Positions 10,093-20,001 of a stretch of 64,000 nt of DNA are shown one piece after another. Both the position numbers and the translations under genes were made by a program. Each line of letters starts with the position of its first letter. The stretch's first letter is position 1. Source of the stretch: Candidatus Poribacteria bacterium (GTDB taxonomy: Bacteria; Poribacteria; WGA-4E; WGA-3G); assembly GCA_965205015.1 (NCBI GenBank), contig OZ242029.1, positions 2,880,001-2,944,000 on the forward strand, in the 5' to 3' direction. The notes under the pieces were generated by a model. It had not been told where the DNA came from. It made no database searches and saw only the letters and a program-made list of their open reading frames with translations.

Positions 10093-10623
10093 ATGGACAG
10101 GACAGCTACAGACTATCAGAAAGACCTTCTCTGGCAGACAACACTTGAAACCTTTTACCGTGTCGCTTACACCGAAAGCCTCATGACTTCAGCACTTCAA
10201 ATGTGGAGACCCGTAGATGGTGCGGTCAAAAGCACCGTGACGATCGCCACGATCGCATCAGTCATGGTCGGATGGATGGCATGGGGTACACCCGCTGGAA
10301 AAGTAGCGTGGCTCCTTATCGCAGGGGGCGCTGCATTTTTAGCCCTTCTACATGTTATCCTTAAGATTTCAGACCGCGTTGCAGATTTGAGTCACAATGA
10401 GCAGTATTTCAAGAGTTTACGCCTCAATCTGGAGCGGTTTGTTTACGAAATGGAAGCCAATCCCGACTTCCCGTTAGAGCAATTCAAAATCACATTTGAA
10501 CAGTACCGAGAATGGTTATTGGTGGGTTCGCAAATGCTCAAGGACGATTTTCTTTTAACGCGTAAACACCGCCAGAAAGTTCAAGAGAAGTTGAACCAAC
10601 AGATGGGAGATATGATTGTATGA
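10093..10623 (+). CDS. Two-TM membrane protein, SLATT-like
   Basis: Start after AGGAGGT RBS; two adjacent hydrophobic helices followed by a helical soluble tail. Confidence 0.55.
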   Translation: MDRTATDYQKDLLWQTTLETFYRVAYTESLMTSALQMWRPVDGAVKSTVTIATIASVMVGWMAWGTPAGKVAWLLIAGGAAFLALLHVILKISDRVADLSHNEQYFKSLRLNLERFVYEMEANPDFPLEQFKITFEQYREWLLVGSQMLKDDFLLTRKHRQKVQEKLNQQMGDMIV

Positions 10624-10877
10624 AAGAGCAACTTATTGAAGACAGAGAGGATGTCTTTGGGCATTCAATAGGTCAACGCCCGATACATACGACTTACGAG
10701 CCACCGGGACCGCTGCCCCAGTTTCGGGCTCGGCCGAAAGTCGGTCCAGCATCACCCCAACCCCAACCCGTTCCGAGGCGACTGCTACACGTGGCATCGG
10801 CTGTGAAAGCAACCCAGAAGGCTTCACCAGAGATATCTGCTGAAAGAGAAATTACGCCGCCTCAGACAAGTAGTTGA
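10620..10877 (+). CDS. Pro-rich hypothetical protein
   Basis: ATGA overlap with the upstream gene, GGAG RBS; 85 aa. Confidence 0.55.
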   Translation: MKEQLIEDREDVFGHSIGQRPIHTTYEPPGPLPQFRARPKVGPASPQPQPVPRRLLHVASAVKATQKASPEISAEREITPPQTSS

Positions 10878-10902
10878 CTTAATTTTTGATTTCTGCTAAA
10901 AT
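10874..10902 (+). promoter_or_regulatory. Sigma70-like promoter
   Basis: TTGACT-N17-TAAAAT with extended TG, upstream of 10939. Confidence 0.6.
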
Positions 10903-10938
10903 CCTCTCATAATTTGAACATTGGGAGGTTAAGAAGTC

Positions 10939-11733
10939 ATGAGACAAGTTTACTGGGTTCTGCTTATTAGCGTATTTGTTGTAAGTTCTGTCTTTGCTGG
11001 AATCCCTAAGGATGCGGATCTACTCATGTGGATTGGTGAGGGCAGTGGAAACAAAGCCGTTGACGGCACCGGAAACGGAAACGATGGCACCTTTCACGGG
11101 AATGCCAAATGGGTCGGCGACGGCAAATATCAAGCCGGGATTTCCCTCAAAGGTGCAGAAACCTATATGGAAGTTCCCAACGTTATCGCTGAAGCAGGAA
11201 GTTTGCTATTCTGGTTCAAACCCGATTGGAACGGCAAGGATGGTGACGATTACCGGATTTTTGATGCCAGTTTCGGACCCATTTATTTCTTCATCTCCAA
11301 GGGGGCAAATCACGCTGACATCAACCCGGAAGACTTCGGGTTCTATTTTGAAGCCGCTGATGATGCCGATTGGCAAGATGTTGAATTTGATCCGGGGGGA
11401 ATCATAACAAAGGATAAATGGTTTCATGTCGCAGCAACATGGGATTTCGATGGTGGAAACCCATTCCTGTACATTGACGGTAAGGAAGCGGCAACCAGCG
11501 GTAAAAAAATTACTGGCGGTTTCCCAAAGTTGCATGAGAAACCAAGATTCGGATGGGAAACTATTCCCTATATCCCGCTGCAGAACGGCGCGGAGGGTGT
11601 CATTGATGAAATCTCTTTTTGGCAACGCGCACTCGAGGAAAAAGAGATTCAAGAAATGATGGATACCAGTCTGGATGTTGAAGCGGCGGGAAAACTCGCT
11701 GTTACATGGGGTGGACTGAAAGCAAGGCAATAA
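10939..11733 (+). CDS. Secreted LamG/concanavalin A-like domain protein with conserved C-terminal motif
   Basis: Signal peptide; DGTGNGNDG, WFHVAATWD, LYIDG, GVIDEISFWQRAL; ends VEAAGKLAVTWGGLK. Confidence 0.85.
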   Translation: MRQVYWVLLISVFVVSSVFAGIPKDADLLMWIGEGSGNKAVDGTGNGNDGTFHGNAKWVGDGKYQAGISLKGAETYMEVPNVIAEAGSLLFWFKPDWNGKDGDDYRIFDASFGPIYFFISKGANHADINPEDFGFYFEAADDADWQDVEFDPGGIITKDKWFHVAATWDFDGGNPFLYIDGKEAATSGKKITGGFPKLHEKPRFGWETIPYIPLQNGAEGVIDEISFWQRALEEKEIQEMMDTSLDVEAAGKLAVTWGGLKARQ

Positions 11734-11801
11734 TAGGGCAGCTGAATCAGCCCTACGCTTGAATATTAGTGTTCATATCTATGTCACAAAGCCCATTTAT
11801 C

Positions 11802-11836
11802 AAATAAGTCTGGCGAGAGTATCGCCAGACTTATTT
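11802..11836. terminator. Bidirectional rho-independent terminator
   Basis: Perfect 15-bp arms AAATAAGTCTGGCGA / TCGCCAGACTTATTT between convergent genes. Confidence 0.75.
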
Positions 11837-11912
11837 ATTTATAGAGGCATTCAATCACCTTACGGAAAGGTGTATCAAATATCTAACCCACCTGACTGAA
11901 CCGCAAGGAAAA

Positions 11913-13199
11913 TTAAAGAAGCGGCTGTGGCGTTTTTCCAAGGGCTCGCGGCAGCCAGAGGCTCAACTCTGGGACATACGTCACCAACACAAGTGCTATC
12001 AGCAACAACGCAATAAATAATAGCACAGAGCGGTAAAGCAACAGCACAGATCGATCGAACTTCATGCTTGAGATGAACAGGTTCATTCCCACCGGCGGTG
12101 TCAAATAACCGATTTCAAGGTTCGTTAAGACAATAATACCGAGATGCGCCTTGTCAATTCCAAATTCCTCAGCGATAGGCAGCAGCAACGGTACAACAAT
12201 AATCACCGCTGAAAAGATGTCCATCAGACATCCAACAATCAGTAGGAAAATATTCAACCCAATAAGTGTGATGATGCGGCTTTCCGTTGTTGACTGAATC
12301 CAGTCAAGGACAGTCATAGGCACATCAAGCGTGATCAGGTAGTTTGTCAATCCTAAAGCGACACCGAGAATAATAAGGATCGCGCCGACAAGCAACGTGC
12401 TTTCTTTGACAATACGCGGCAACACTCTCAACGAAATAGAACGGTGGATACCAATCTCTACGATACAGGCATAGAGGGCTGTTAGCGCCGCCGCTTCGTC
12501 CAGCGTAACGATACCCGATAAGATGCCGCCTAACACAATAAACGGCAGCAGTAGCTCCCACTTGGCTTCCCAGAGGGTTCGCAGGAAAACTCTCCAATCA
12601 AACGGAGTAGTCTCCGTCCGTTTGAACAGACTCCACCCGCAACTATAGAAGCTCAGTATGGCGAGAATCAAAATCCCGGGAAGAATACCCGCAAGGAACA
12701 TCCTGTCGATCCGGACTTGGGCGATAATCGCGTAAAGGATAAGTGGGACGCTCGGAGGAAACAATAACCCGATACTCCCCGAAGCCGTCACCAAGCCCAG
12801 TGAAAACCTTTCGTTATACGTCTGCTGCAGAATCGGATAGAGCAATCCGCCGAGCGCAATAATCGTGATACCCGATGCCCCTGTGAAAGTTGTAAAGAAC
12901 GCGCAGGTAAAGAGCACGACGACAGCAATACCGCCCGGTAACCAACCCACACTCGCGCGGGCAAACGCAACCAAGCGTTGGGGTGCCTTTCCTTCAGCGA
13001 CTATATATCCCGCAAAAGTGAAGAGCGGGATAATCAGAATCGTTGAATTCCGTGTGAGTCGATTGAAGTCTATCAGAATTGTTGAAATCGGTTCGCCTGC
13101 TGTCGCGTATCCGATAATCGAGGCACCACCAAGTAAGACGAACAGGGCACCGCCGAAAAGGGCGAACCCCACCAACCCAATGCCGATTATTAATCCCAT
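11913..13199 (-). CDS. dctM: TRAP transporter large permease
   Basis: IPLFTFAG, SGSIGLLFPPS, EIGYLTPPVGMNLF; highly hydrophobic. Confidence 0.92.
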   Translation of the reverse strand: MGLIIGIGLVGFALFGGALFVLLGGASIIGYATAGEPISTILIDFNRLTRNSTILIIPLFTFAGYIVAEGKAPQRLVAFARASVGWLPGGIAVVVLFTCAFFTTFTGASGITIIALGGLLYPILQQTYNERFSLGLVTASGSIGLLFPPSVPLILYAIIAQVRIDRMFLAGILPGILILAILSFYSCGWSLFKRTETTPFDWRVFLRTLWEAKWELLLPFIVLGGILSGIVTLDEAAALTALYACIVEIGIHRSISLRVLPRIVKESTLLVGAILIILGVALGLTNYLITLDVPMTVLDWIQSTTESRIITLIGLNIFLLIVGCLMDIFSAVIIVVPLLLPIAEEFGIDKAHLGIIVLTNLEIGYLTPPVGMNLFISSMKFDRSVLLLYRSVLLFIALLLIALVLVTYVPELSLWLPRALGKTPQPLL

Positions 13200-13735
13200 G
13201 AATCCGATTCTCCTTTGACAGGACTGGGTGTATGTTCACCCCCCATTAAATGGATGCCAATTTGGAGGAATAGATGGATGCCGATGAGGACAAAACCGTA
13301 GGGGATAATAGCCTTCGCCCACCACAGCGGAACACTTCCAATTAATACAGCCTCGCTCAATTGTTCATCATTTAGAAAGATAAAGCCGTAATATGCCAGA
13401 ATCCCAACGACAACCAAAGCGAGGCAATCGATAATAAAATTGCTCCATTGCGTGATTTTTTGGGGTAATATCCGACTGAGGACATCAATGCTGATGTGCC
13501 TTCTTTCGCAAGTTGCCAGGGCAGCACCCAAGAGGCACAGCCAAAGGGTTAAGTGCTGAAGCATGATATCGCTCCACAAGAGACTCGCGCTGAACACGTA
13601 GCGCATGACGATTTTGAGAATCGCGAGTCCTAACATCATTGCGATAATAAGACACAGCAAACCCGTTTCAATTTTACCCAGAAGCGTGTTAATGTTCTGG
13701 AGCAAGGATTTTCCAGTTGGACTTTCTTTAAGCAT
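13190..13735 (-). CDS. dctQ: TRAP transporter small permease
   Basis: Four TM helices, LGAALAT...HISIDVL motif; overlaps dctM. Confidence 0.9.
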   Translation of the reverse strand: MLKESPTGKSLLQNINTLLGKIETGLLCLIIAMMLGLAILKIVMRYVFSASLLWSDIMLQHLTLWLCLLGAALATCERRHISIDVLSRILPQKITQWSNFIIDCLALVVVGILAYYGFIFLNDEQLSEAVLIGSVPLWWAKAIIPYGFVLIGIHLFLQIGIHLMGGEHTPSPVKGESDSWD

Positions 13736-13741
13736 CTGCTT

Positions 13742-15001
13742 TTATTTCTCCGAGGCTAACACCTGAATCCCAGCGGCTGGCAGCACAGCAACCTTGGCTT
13801 GTGCGGGAAGTCTTTCTGCAAACAGAGCGATCAACTGCTCCAGATCTCGGAAAAGGAGCGCGCCCGGATGTTTCTTGTAAAAATCGTCTACCAAAAAGTG
13901 TTCTGACCAAACGTGCAGCTGATCTTGGGTTCCGAGTTGTGGGGCGGGCAGTTCAGCGTGTGTCCGTTCCTCTCTCTGTTGTAGGAAGCGGGCATAATCA
14001 ATCTGTTCAAACAACCCGTGGTAGCAGATGCCATCACTGGCTGGGTTAAGTGCCATACTGTACGCCTTCTCAAAATGGGAGAGTGCCCACATTGCTTTGC
14101 CCGTTTGAATTGGATCGCTATCAAGCGGGTAACAGTTAAGGACAACCAGATCGGTCTCTTTTCGACTCGTTTCTGGTATCTCTGTGCCGTAAGTGTCTAA
14201 AGCGAAGTAGGCTCCTTTGCGGTGCGCCTGCACAAAATCACCGACAAACAGCCCACAAATTTCGCGACGACTATTAAGTGCAACGTTAGCGATGACGTCA
14301 AGACCGAGAACCCCCGCTACGGCTTCCGAGAAATCGCGATGATCGGGTTCACTCCCTTTTCTTTCAATCACAGCGTGTCCACGTCCCGGCGAAAAGGTAT
14401 GGAAATAGAACATCGTCGCGAAACCGGCAACTCCCGGCACAACCAATTTCGCACCCCCACCAAAGCCAACGGAACCGTGTGGATAGATGCCCCCCAGACA
14501 CACTTTGAAATCCGCATCAGCAACAACGCGATTGAGATAGATCGGCATACCGTTATCAAGGTTTCCCAAGGCGCGTAGATCACCACTCATAAAGTCGTGG
14601 CTCGTCGCTTCATATTCAGCCGCAATATCCGCTCCGATCTTTTTCGCAACCTCTTCCTCGGTGAGTGGACGATGTGAACCGCCGCCGACAACAAATCGAA
14701 TCTCAGATTTCGGAACATCTGCCGCAGCTAACTCACGCAGGAGAAATGGAATAACGCTCGCAGCAGGTGTCGGACGGCTCAAGTCATCCACGACAATAGC
14801 GGCACTCTTCTTACCTTTTGCCAATTCCGAGATTCGGGGGGTACCGATCGGTTCAGCAAATGCCCGTTCAATTTGGGCGTCAGAAAGCGCCGGAGCATCT
14901 TTCGGACCCAATACCTCTACTTCCCAGCCGGTCGGAAAATTCAGTGTCAGTTCCTCGTCTCCGTACCAAGCACGGGAGTACACTGTAGCAGTGTTGTTCA
15001 T
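13742..15001 (-). CDS. Lactate racemase (LarA)-family protein, paralog 2
   Basis: PIGTP, DDLSRPTP, GSHR, PH..GFGGGAK, FH; start chosen at ATG 15001 after GGAGG. Confidence 0.85.
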   Translation of the reverse strand: MNNTATVYSRAWYGDEELTLNFPTGWEVEVLGPKDAPALSDAQIERAFAEPIGTPRISELAKGKKSAAIVVDDLSRPTPAASVIPFLLRELAAADVPKSEIRFVVGGGSHRPLTEEEVAKKIGADIAAEYEATSHDFMSGDLRALGNLDNGMPIYLNRVVADADFKVCLGGIYPHGSVGFGGGAKLVVPGVAGFATMFYFHTFSPGRGHAVIERKGSEPDHRDFSEAVAGVLGLDVIANVALNSRREICGLFVGDFVQAHRKGAYFALDTYGTEIPETSRKETDLVVLNCYPLDSDPIQTGKAMWALSHFEKAYSMALNPASDGICYHGLFEQIDYARFLQQREERTHAELPAPQLGTQDQLHVWSEHFLVDDFYKKHPGALLFRDLEQLIALFAERLPAQAKVAVLPAAGIQVLASEK

Positions 15002-15091
15002 AATTGCCCTCCATTTGTGGATCACAGAATGCGTGAAAGAGCAGATGTGTCCTGTCCAGTTGCGGGAACATCAGTGTTCTCGCAAGGGTGT

Positions 15092-15212
15092 TTATGGTAG
15101 ATCCTACAATTAAATGAACACCGAAGAGTTGGCGAGGTTACAAACCTCGCCAGCGGCGGCGCGGGGTTTTGTGTTTTAGAGAGTGTTCACTTATTTCTGG
15201 GTTTTACTATAA
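15092..15212. mobile_element. 121-bp MITE-like element, family A, copy 1
   Basis: Imperfect ~30-bp terminal inverted repeats (TTATGGTAGATCC... / ...GGGTTTTACTATAA); internal hairpin GGCGAGGTT-ACA-AACCTCGCC; same length as and colinear with 31891..32011. Confidence 0.7.
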
Positions 15213-15268
15213 TATCTCACACTCGATAGTTGAACGGATTACATGCCAAGTGCTTTACCGCCGAGAGT

Positions 15269-16519
15269 TTACGTCAGTACCTGTATTCCTCCTACAGGTA
15301 AAATAGCGACGCTGGCGTGTGCTGGAAGTTTCTCGGCGAACAGTTGGATCAGGTCTTCAAGGTTTCGGAAAAGGAGCGATGCCGGATACTCCTTATAGAA
15401 GTCATCCGCCAAAAAATGCTCAGACCAAACATGGAGTTGTCCACGCCGTCCGATCTGCTGCGTAGGGGCTTCAGGCGGTGTCTGTTCAGCCCGTTGTTGG
15501 AGATAGCGTGGGTAATCGATTCGGTCGAATAACCCGTGGTAGCAGCTGCTATCGCTTGCGGGATAGAGTGCTATCGTGTAAGCATTTTCAAAATAACTTA
15601 AAGCCGCCAATGCCTTATCCAGCTGAATCGCATCGGCGTCAAGCGGATAGCAATTAATCACCACCAGATCTGTCTCTTTTCGAGTTGTTTCTGGTATCAC
15701 TGTCCCATAGGTATCCATCGCGAAATGCGCCCCTTTACGATGCGCTTTGATAAAATCACCGACAAACAATCCGCAAATTTCACGACGGCTATTAAGCACA
15801 ACGTTGGCGATCATATCAAGACCGAGAACACCTGCTGCCAATTCGGCGGTGTCCCGACGGTCAGGTTCACTACTCTGTCCCTCAATCACCGCGGGTCCGC
15901 GCCCCGGTGGAAAAGTGTGGAAATAGTACATTGTGGTAAAACCTGAGATACCGGGGACAATGAGTTTCGCGCCGCCGCTAAAGCCAACGGAACTGTGAGG
16001 ATAGATGCCGCCCAGACAGATTTTAAAATCCGCGTCGGCGACGATACGGTTAAGATACACCGGCGTGCCGTTCTCAAGATTGCCAAACGCACGTAGGTCT
16101 CCACTCATAAAGTTATGATTGGTTACTTCGTATTCAGCAGCAATATCTGCGCCAACCTTTTTTACAATATCTTCATCGGTGAGAGGTCGATGGGCACCGA
16201 TGCCTGCAACAAACCGAATTTGTGATTTCGGGACCCCTGCTGATGCCAACTCACGTAAGAGAAATGGAATAACTTTCGCAGCGGGTGTTGGACGGCTCAG
16301 ATCATCTACAATAATAGCGGCACTTTTTTTTCCTCTCGCCAACTCTGAAATTCGGGGGGTGCCGATCGGTTCAGCGAAGGCACGTTCAAGTTGGGTATCA
16401 GAAAGCGCGGGTGCATCTTTCGGGTCCAATACCTCTACTTCCCAACTGGTCGGAAAATTCAACGTCAGGTCCTCGTCTCCGTACCAGGCGCCGGTGCGTA
16501 CTGTCGCAGTATTCTTCAT
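15269..16519 (-). CDS. Lactate racemase (LarA)-family protein, paralog 1
   Basis: DDLSRPTP, GAHR, PH..GFSGGAK; strongly similar to 13742..15001; overlaps the pyrG stop. Confidence 0.85.
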   Translation of the reverse strand: MKNTATVRTGAWYGDEDLTLNFPTSWEVEVLDPKDAPALSDTQLERAFAEPIGTPRISELARGKKSAAIIVDDLSRPTPAAKVIPFLLRELASAGVPKSQIRFVAGIGAHRPLTDEDIVKKVGADIAAEYEVTNHNFMSGDLRAFGNLENGTPVYLNRIVADADFKICLGGIYPHSSVGFSGGAKLIVPGISGFTTMYYFHTFPPGRGPAVIEGQSSEPDRRDTAELAAGVLGLDMIANVVLNSRREICGLFVGDFIKAHRKGAHFAMDTYGTVIPETTRKETDLVVINCYPLDADAIQLDKALAALSYFENAYTIALYPASDSSCYHGLFDRIDYPRYLQQRAEQTPPEAPTQQIGRRGQLHVWSEHFLADDFYKEYPASLLFRNLEDLIQLFAEKLPAHASVAILPVGGIQVLT

Positions 16520-18150
16520 GGCTCCAGTTCCTCTTTAGAGGGATGAGCGTTGCCTTGCTCAGAGAGTACCGCCGCGATAAAATCTCGGAAAAGCGGATGC
16601 GGGGCAAGGGGTTTCGATTGAAATTCAGGGTGAAATTGTGAACCTACCATCCACGGATGTTCGGTCACTTCAGCAATTTCGACGAGGCTCTCATCTGGCG
16701 ACAGGCCACTAAAACAGAGACCCGCTGATTCTAATTGTGAGCGGTACTGGTTATTTAACTCGTAGCGATGCCGGTGCCGTTCTACAATGATGGGTTGTTG
16801 ATAGGCGGCGTAGCTTCTGGTATTCTCTTTGAGGACGCACGGGTAATGTCCAAGTCGCATTGTGGCACCGAGGTCAGCGACCGCGCGCTGGTCATGCATT
16901 AAATCTATAACAGGATAAGGTGTTTCTTCATCTACTTCCGTGCTGTTCGCGTTTTTCAGTTTTGCAACGTGTCGAGAAAACTCAATCACCAGACACTGCA
17001 TTCCGAGGCACAGTCCCAAATACGGTATCTTATTTTCACGGGCGTATCGTGCGGCTACCAACATCCCTTCAATCCCGCGATAGCCGAATCCGCCTGGAAC
17101 CAGTATTCCATCGGCGTTCTGAAAAATACTATCAAGATTTGGATGTTCTGTGAGCGATTCAGCTTCTATCCATTCAATTTCGACAGAGGCTTCGTTAGCG
17201 ATCCCACCGTGTTTGAGTGCTTCTTGGACGCTAATGTACGCATCGCTGCCGGTTGTGTATTTACCAACAATGGCGATCCTGGCTTGTCGATTTGGATGTT
17301 TGAGTTTTTCAACCATTGCGACCCATTCAGCATCCATCGGTGGGCGTGCTTCGAGTCCAAGTCTCTTTAGAACGAGATGCCCCATGCCTTGTCGTTCAAA
17401 ATTGAGGGGGATTTCATCTACGCATTTTGTGTCCAATCCTTCAAAGATATAGTTTTCGCTAATACCGCAGAGCAGTGCAATTTTCTGCCGAAATGCCTCA
17501 TCCAGCGATTGGCTGGTGCGACATAACAATAAATCTGGCTGGACACCGAGTTCTTGAAGTTTTCGGATGCTATGTTGCGTCGGTTTGCTTTTGCTTTCGC
17601 CATTGGGTAAGGTATAAATAAGAGAGACATGGAGGAACATTGTATTCTCACGTCCCACCTCAACTGCCATCTGACGGATGGCTTCAACGAAAGGTGGCAT
17701 CTCAAAGTCCCCAATCGTTCCACCTATCTCTGTAATGACGATTTCCGCGTCGTTATCCTTGCCAATCTGATAGATACGGCGTTTGATTTCGTCGGTAATA
17801 TGTGGGATCAGTTGCACGGTTTGACCGAGATAGTCCCCTCGACGCTCTTTTGCGATCACTTCACTATAGACCGAACCTGTCGTAAAGTTAGAATACTGAT
17901 TCAAGTCGATGCCAAGAAACCGCTCATAGTTCCCTATGTCCAGATCGGTTTCTGCGCCATCATGGGTAACGAAAACCTCGCCATGTTGGAACGGATTCAT
18001 CACACCTGCATCTACGTTGAGATATGGATCGATTTTGACAACGATCACCTTAAACCCGCGGTTGATGAGTAATCTACCCAGAGACGCGGTTGTGATCCCT
18101 TTACCGATACCTGAGATAACTCCGCCCGTTACAAAAATATATTTCGTCAT
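16516..18150 (-). CDS. pyrG: CTP synthase
   Basis: KYIFVTGGVISGIGKG, KIDPYLNVD, GLCLGMQ, ERHRHRYE, QFHPEF. Confidence 0.98.
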   Translation of the reverse strand: MTKYIFVTGGVISGIGKGITTASLGRLLINRGFKVIVVKIDPYLNVDAGVMNPFQHGEVFVTHDGAETDLDIGNYERFLGIDLNQYSNFTTGSVYSEVIAKERRGDYLGQTVQLIPHITDEIKRRIYQIGKDNDAEIVITEIGGTIGDFEMPPFVEAIRQMAVEVGRENTMFLHVSLIYTLPNGESKSKPTQHSIRKLQELGVQPDLLLCRTSQSLDEAFRQKIALLCGISENYIFEGLDTKCVDEIPLNFERQGMGHLVLKRLGLEARPPMDAEWVAMVEKLKHPNRQARIAIVGKYTTGSDAYISVQEALKHGGIANEASVEIEWIEAESLTEHPNLDSIFQNADGILVPGGFGYRGIEGMLVAARYARENKIPYLGLCLGMQCLVIEFSRHVAKLKNANSTEVDEETPYPVIDLMHDQRAVADLGATMRLGHYPCVLKENTRSYAAYQQPIIVERHRHRYELNNQYRSQLESAGLCFSGLSPDESLVEIAEVTEHPWMVGSQFHPEFQSKPLAPHPLFRDFIAAVLSEQGNAHPSKEELEP

Positions 18151-18159
18151 AGAATTTCC

Positions 18160-18891
18160 TTATAAAACCTCCAAAATTTGTTTCACCCGCTCCAAATCGG
18201 CAGGAACATCGACCCCAATAAGGGGTATATCCGTTTCGACAACATGAATAGGGACACCATGCTCTAAAAAACGCAATTGTTCTAACCCTTCTGCGAGTTC
18301 GTAAGGGGTACTGCGCCACCTTGTGAACGCCAGAAGCTGCTCGCGACGGTAAGCGTACAAGCCGACATGTCGATACACTGGGGACTTATGTAACTCTGTT
18401 TCACCGACCTGTCCGGGCATGGGCGCACGCGAAAAGTACAACGCATCGCCCTGAAGATCTGTAACGACTTTAACGACGTTAACGTCTTGATAATCAGCAG
18501 CGGTTTCAACCCGCTGTTTTAGCGTGCAAACTTGCACCTCCGGTCTGTCGGTAAAAGGCTGCAGCATCATGTCTATCTGGACAGGTTCAAGCAACGGTTC
18601 ATCACCCTGTATATTGGCGACAATATCACACGTTAAACGCTCGGCAACGACAGCGACGCGTTCGGTACCCGTTGCACATTGACCCGTCATCTCCACATTT
18701 CCGCCGAAGCGTGTTACAGCATCATAAATCCGTTGGTCGTCCGTAGCGATAATGACTTCGTCTAATGTTTTCGCGCGGCACGCGCTTTCGTAAACATGCT
18801 GCACCATCGGCTTCCCGAGCAGATCTGCCAACGGCTTGCCTTCAAAACGGCTTGAGGCATAGCGTGCTGGAATAATTCCTACACTTTGCAA
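18160..18891 (-). CDS. kdsB: 3-deoxy-manno-octulosonate cytidylyltransferase
   Basis: IIPARYASSRFEGKPL, NIQGDEP, ALYFSR, EGLEQLR; TTG start. Confidence 0.96.
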   Translation of the reverse strand: MQSVGIIPARYASSRFEGKPLADLLGKPMVQHVYESACRAKTLDEVIIATDDQRIYDAVTRFGGNVEMTGQCATGTERVAVVAERLTCDIVANIQGDEPLLEPVQIDMMLQPFTDRPEVQVCTLKQRVETAADYQDVNVVKVVTDLQGDALYFSRAPMPGQVGETELHKSPVYRHVGLYAYRREQLLAFTRWRSTPYELAEGLEQLRFLEHGVPIHVVETDIPLIGVDVPADLERVKQILEVL

Positions 18892-19091
18892 CCTTACGCT
18901 CCCTCGTAACGTTCTATTTTTTTACGCATTTTTTTGTTCGTTTCTCAAATCAGTTTAACGCAAAGTGAAGTTAAAATCAAGACTTTTTGGTTTTCGGTTG
19001 CAACCCGGAATCGAAAAGTGGTAAACTTTAACATAAATACCCGTTTTGTAAAAAGTGAAGGAATGGTTCATCTAAAGGAGGACCCAAAAAA

Positions 19092-19928
19092 ATGAAATGG
19101 AATCTAAGATTTACAATATCGACTTGTAAATTAACCCCTTATCTAATGTGCGTACTTCTGATAGGAATGCTCTGTGTGCCTGCGGTAGAAGTTTTTTCGG
19201 CTGACGTTTTAGACCCGGATTTGGTGCTGTACTTCGATTATGAAGATTTTAAAGGCGGCACTGTTGTTGAAAAATCTGGACGTGGTTACGACGGTGAGAT
19301 TAATGGAAAGGTCACACAATCCAATGACGGGAAATTCGGCAAAGCCGCCCACTTCGTGACTGGAAGTTTTCTCGACTTAGATGGGCCTAATATTAAGCCT
19401 GAAGATATTCCGACTGAAGGTATGAGTATCGTCGCGTGGATTAACGTTGAAGCCGTCGCAGATATGGCAGTTTTTAATGCGCGTGCAGGTGATAATACAT
19501 GGCTCGTACATCCCGAGGCACGTGGGAGTGGCAAGTATCGCTGGCTGAATCGGAGTCCCGGTGGCGCGACGATCTTTGACATTCGCGCTGGGGATAACAA
19601 GGCGAATGAATGGCAGCATTACGCTGGCACGTTCAGCCGCGCCGATGGGAAAGCTATACTCTACATCAATGGAAGAAATGTCGGTGAAGAGAAAGCCCGC
19701 GTCGGCACGCCTATTGCTCCAGACTGGGACAACGGGGCGCGCGTCGGTTATAACATTGACAACAACCGCCCCTTCGCCGGACTCATGGACGATCTCAACG
19801 TCTGGAAACGGGGGTTGACAGAGGAGGAAGTCAATGGTATTATGAACGATGGTGTTGAGGCGTTTCTTGCCGTGGAAGCACACGGTAAACTGGCAACGAC
19901 TTGGGGCAGACTTAAGGCATCACAGTAA
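19092..19928 (+). CDS. Secreted LamG-like domain protein
   Basis: Signal peptide; LVLYFDYE, WQHYAGTF, LYING, GLMDDL; ends VEAHGKLATTWGRLK. Confidence 0.87.
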   Translation: MKWNLRFTISTCKLTPYLMCVLLIGMLCVPAVEVFSADVLDPDLVLYFDYEDFKGGTVVEKSGRGYDGEINGKVTQSNDGKFGKAAHFVTGSFLDLDGPNIKPEDIPTEGMSIVAWINVEAVADMAVFNARAGDNTWLVHPEARGSGKYRWLNRSPGGATIFDIRAGDNKANEWQHYAGTFSRADGKAILYINGRNVGEEKARVGTPIAPDWDNGARVGYNIDNNRPFAGLMDDLNVWKRGLTEEEVNGIMNDGVEAFLAVEAHGKLATTWGRLKASQ

Positions 19929-20001
19929 GGCAAACCCGTGAAAATGGCTACATGTTGTAAAAATGTAAGAGAAGCGTTCAGCTAAAGGAGGATTTTGAAA
20001 G

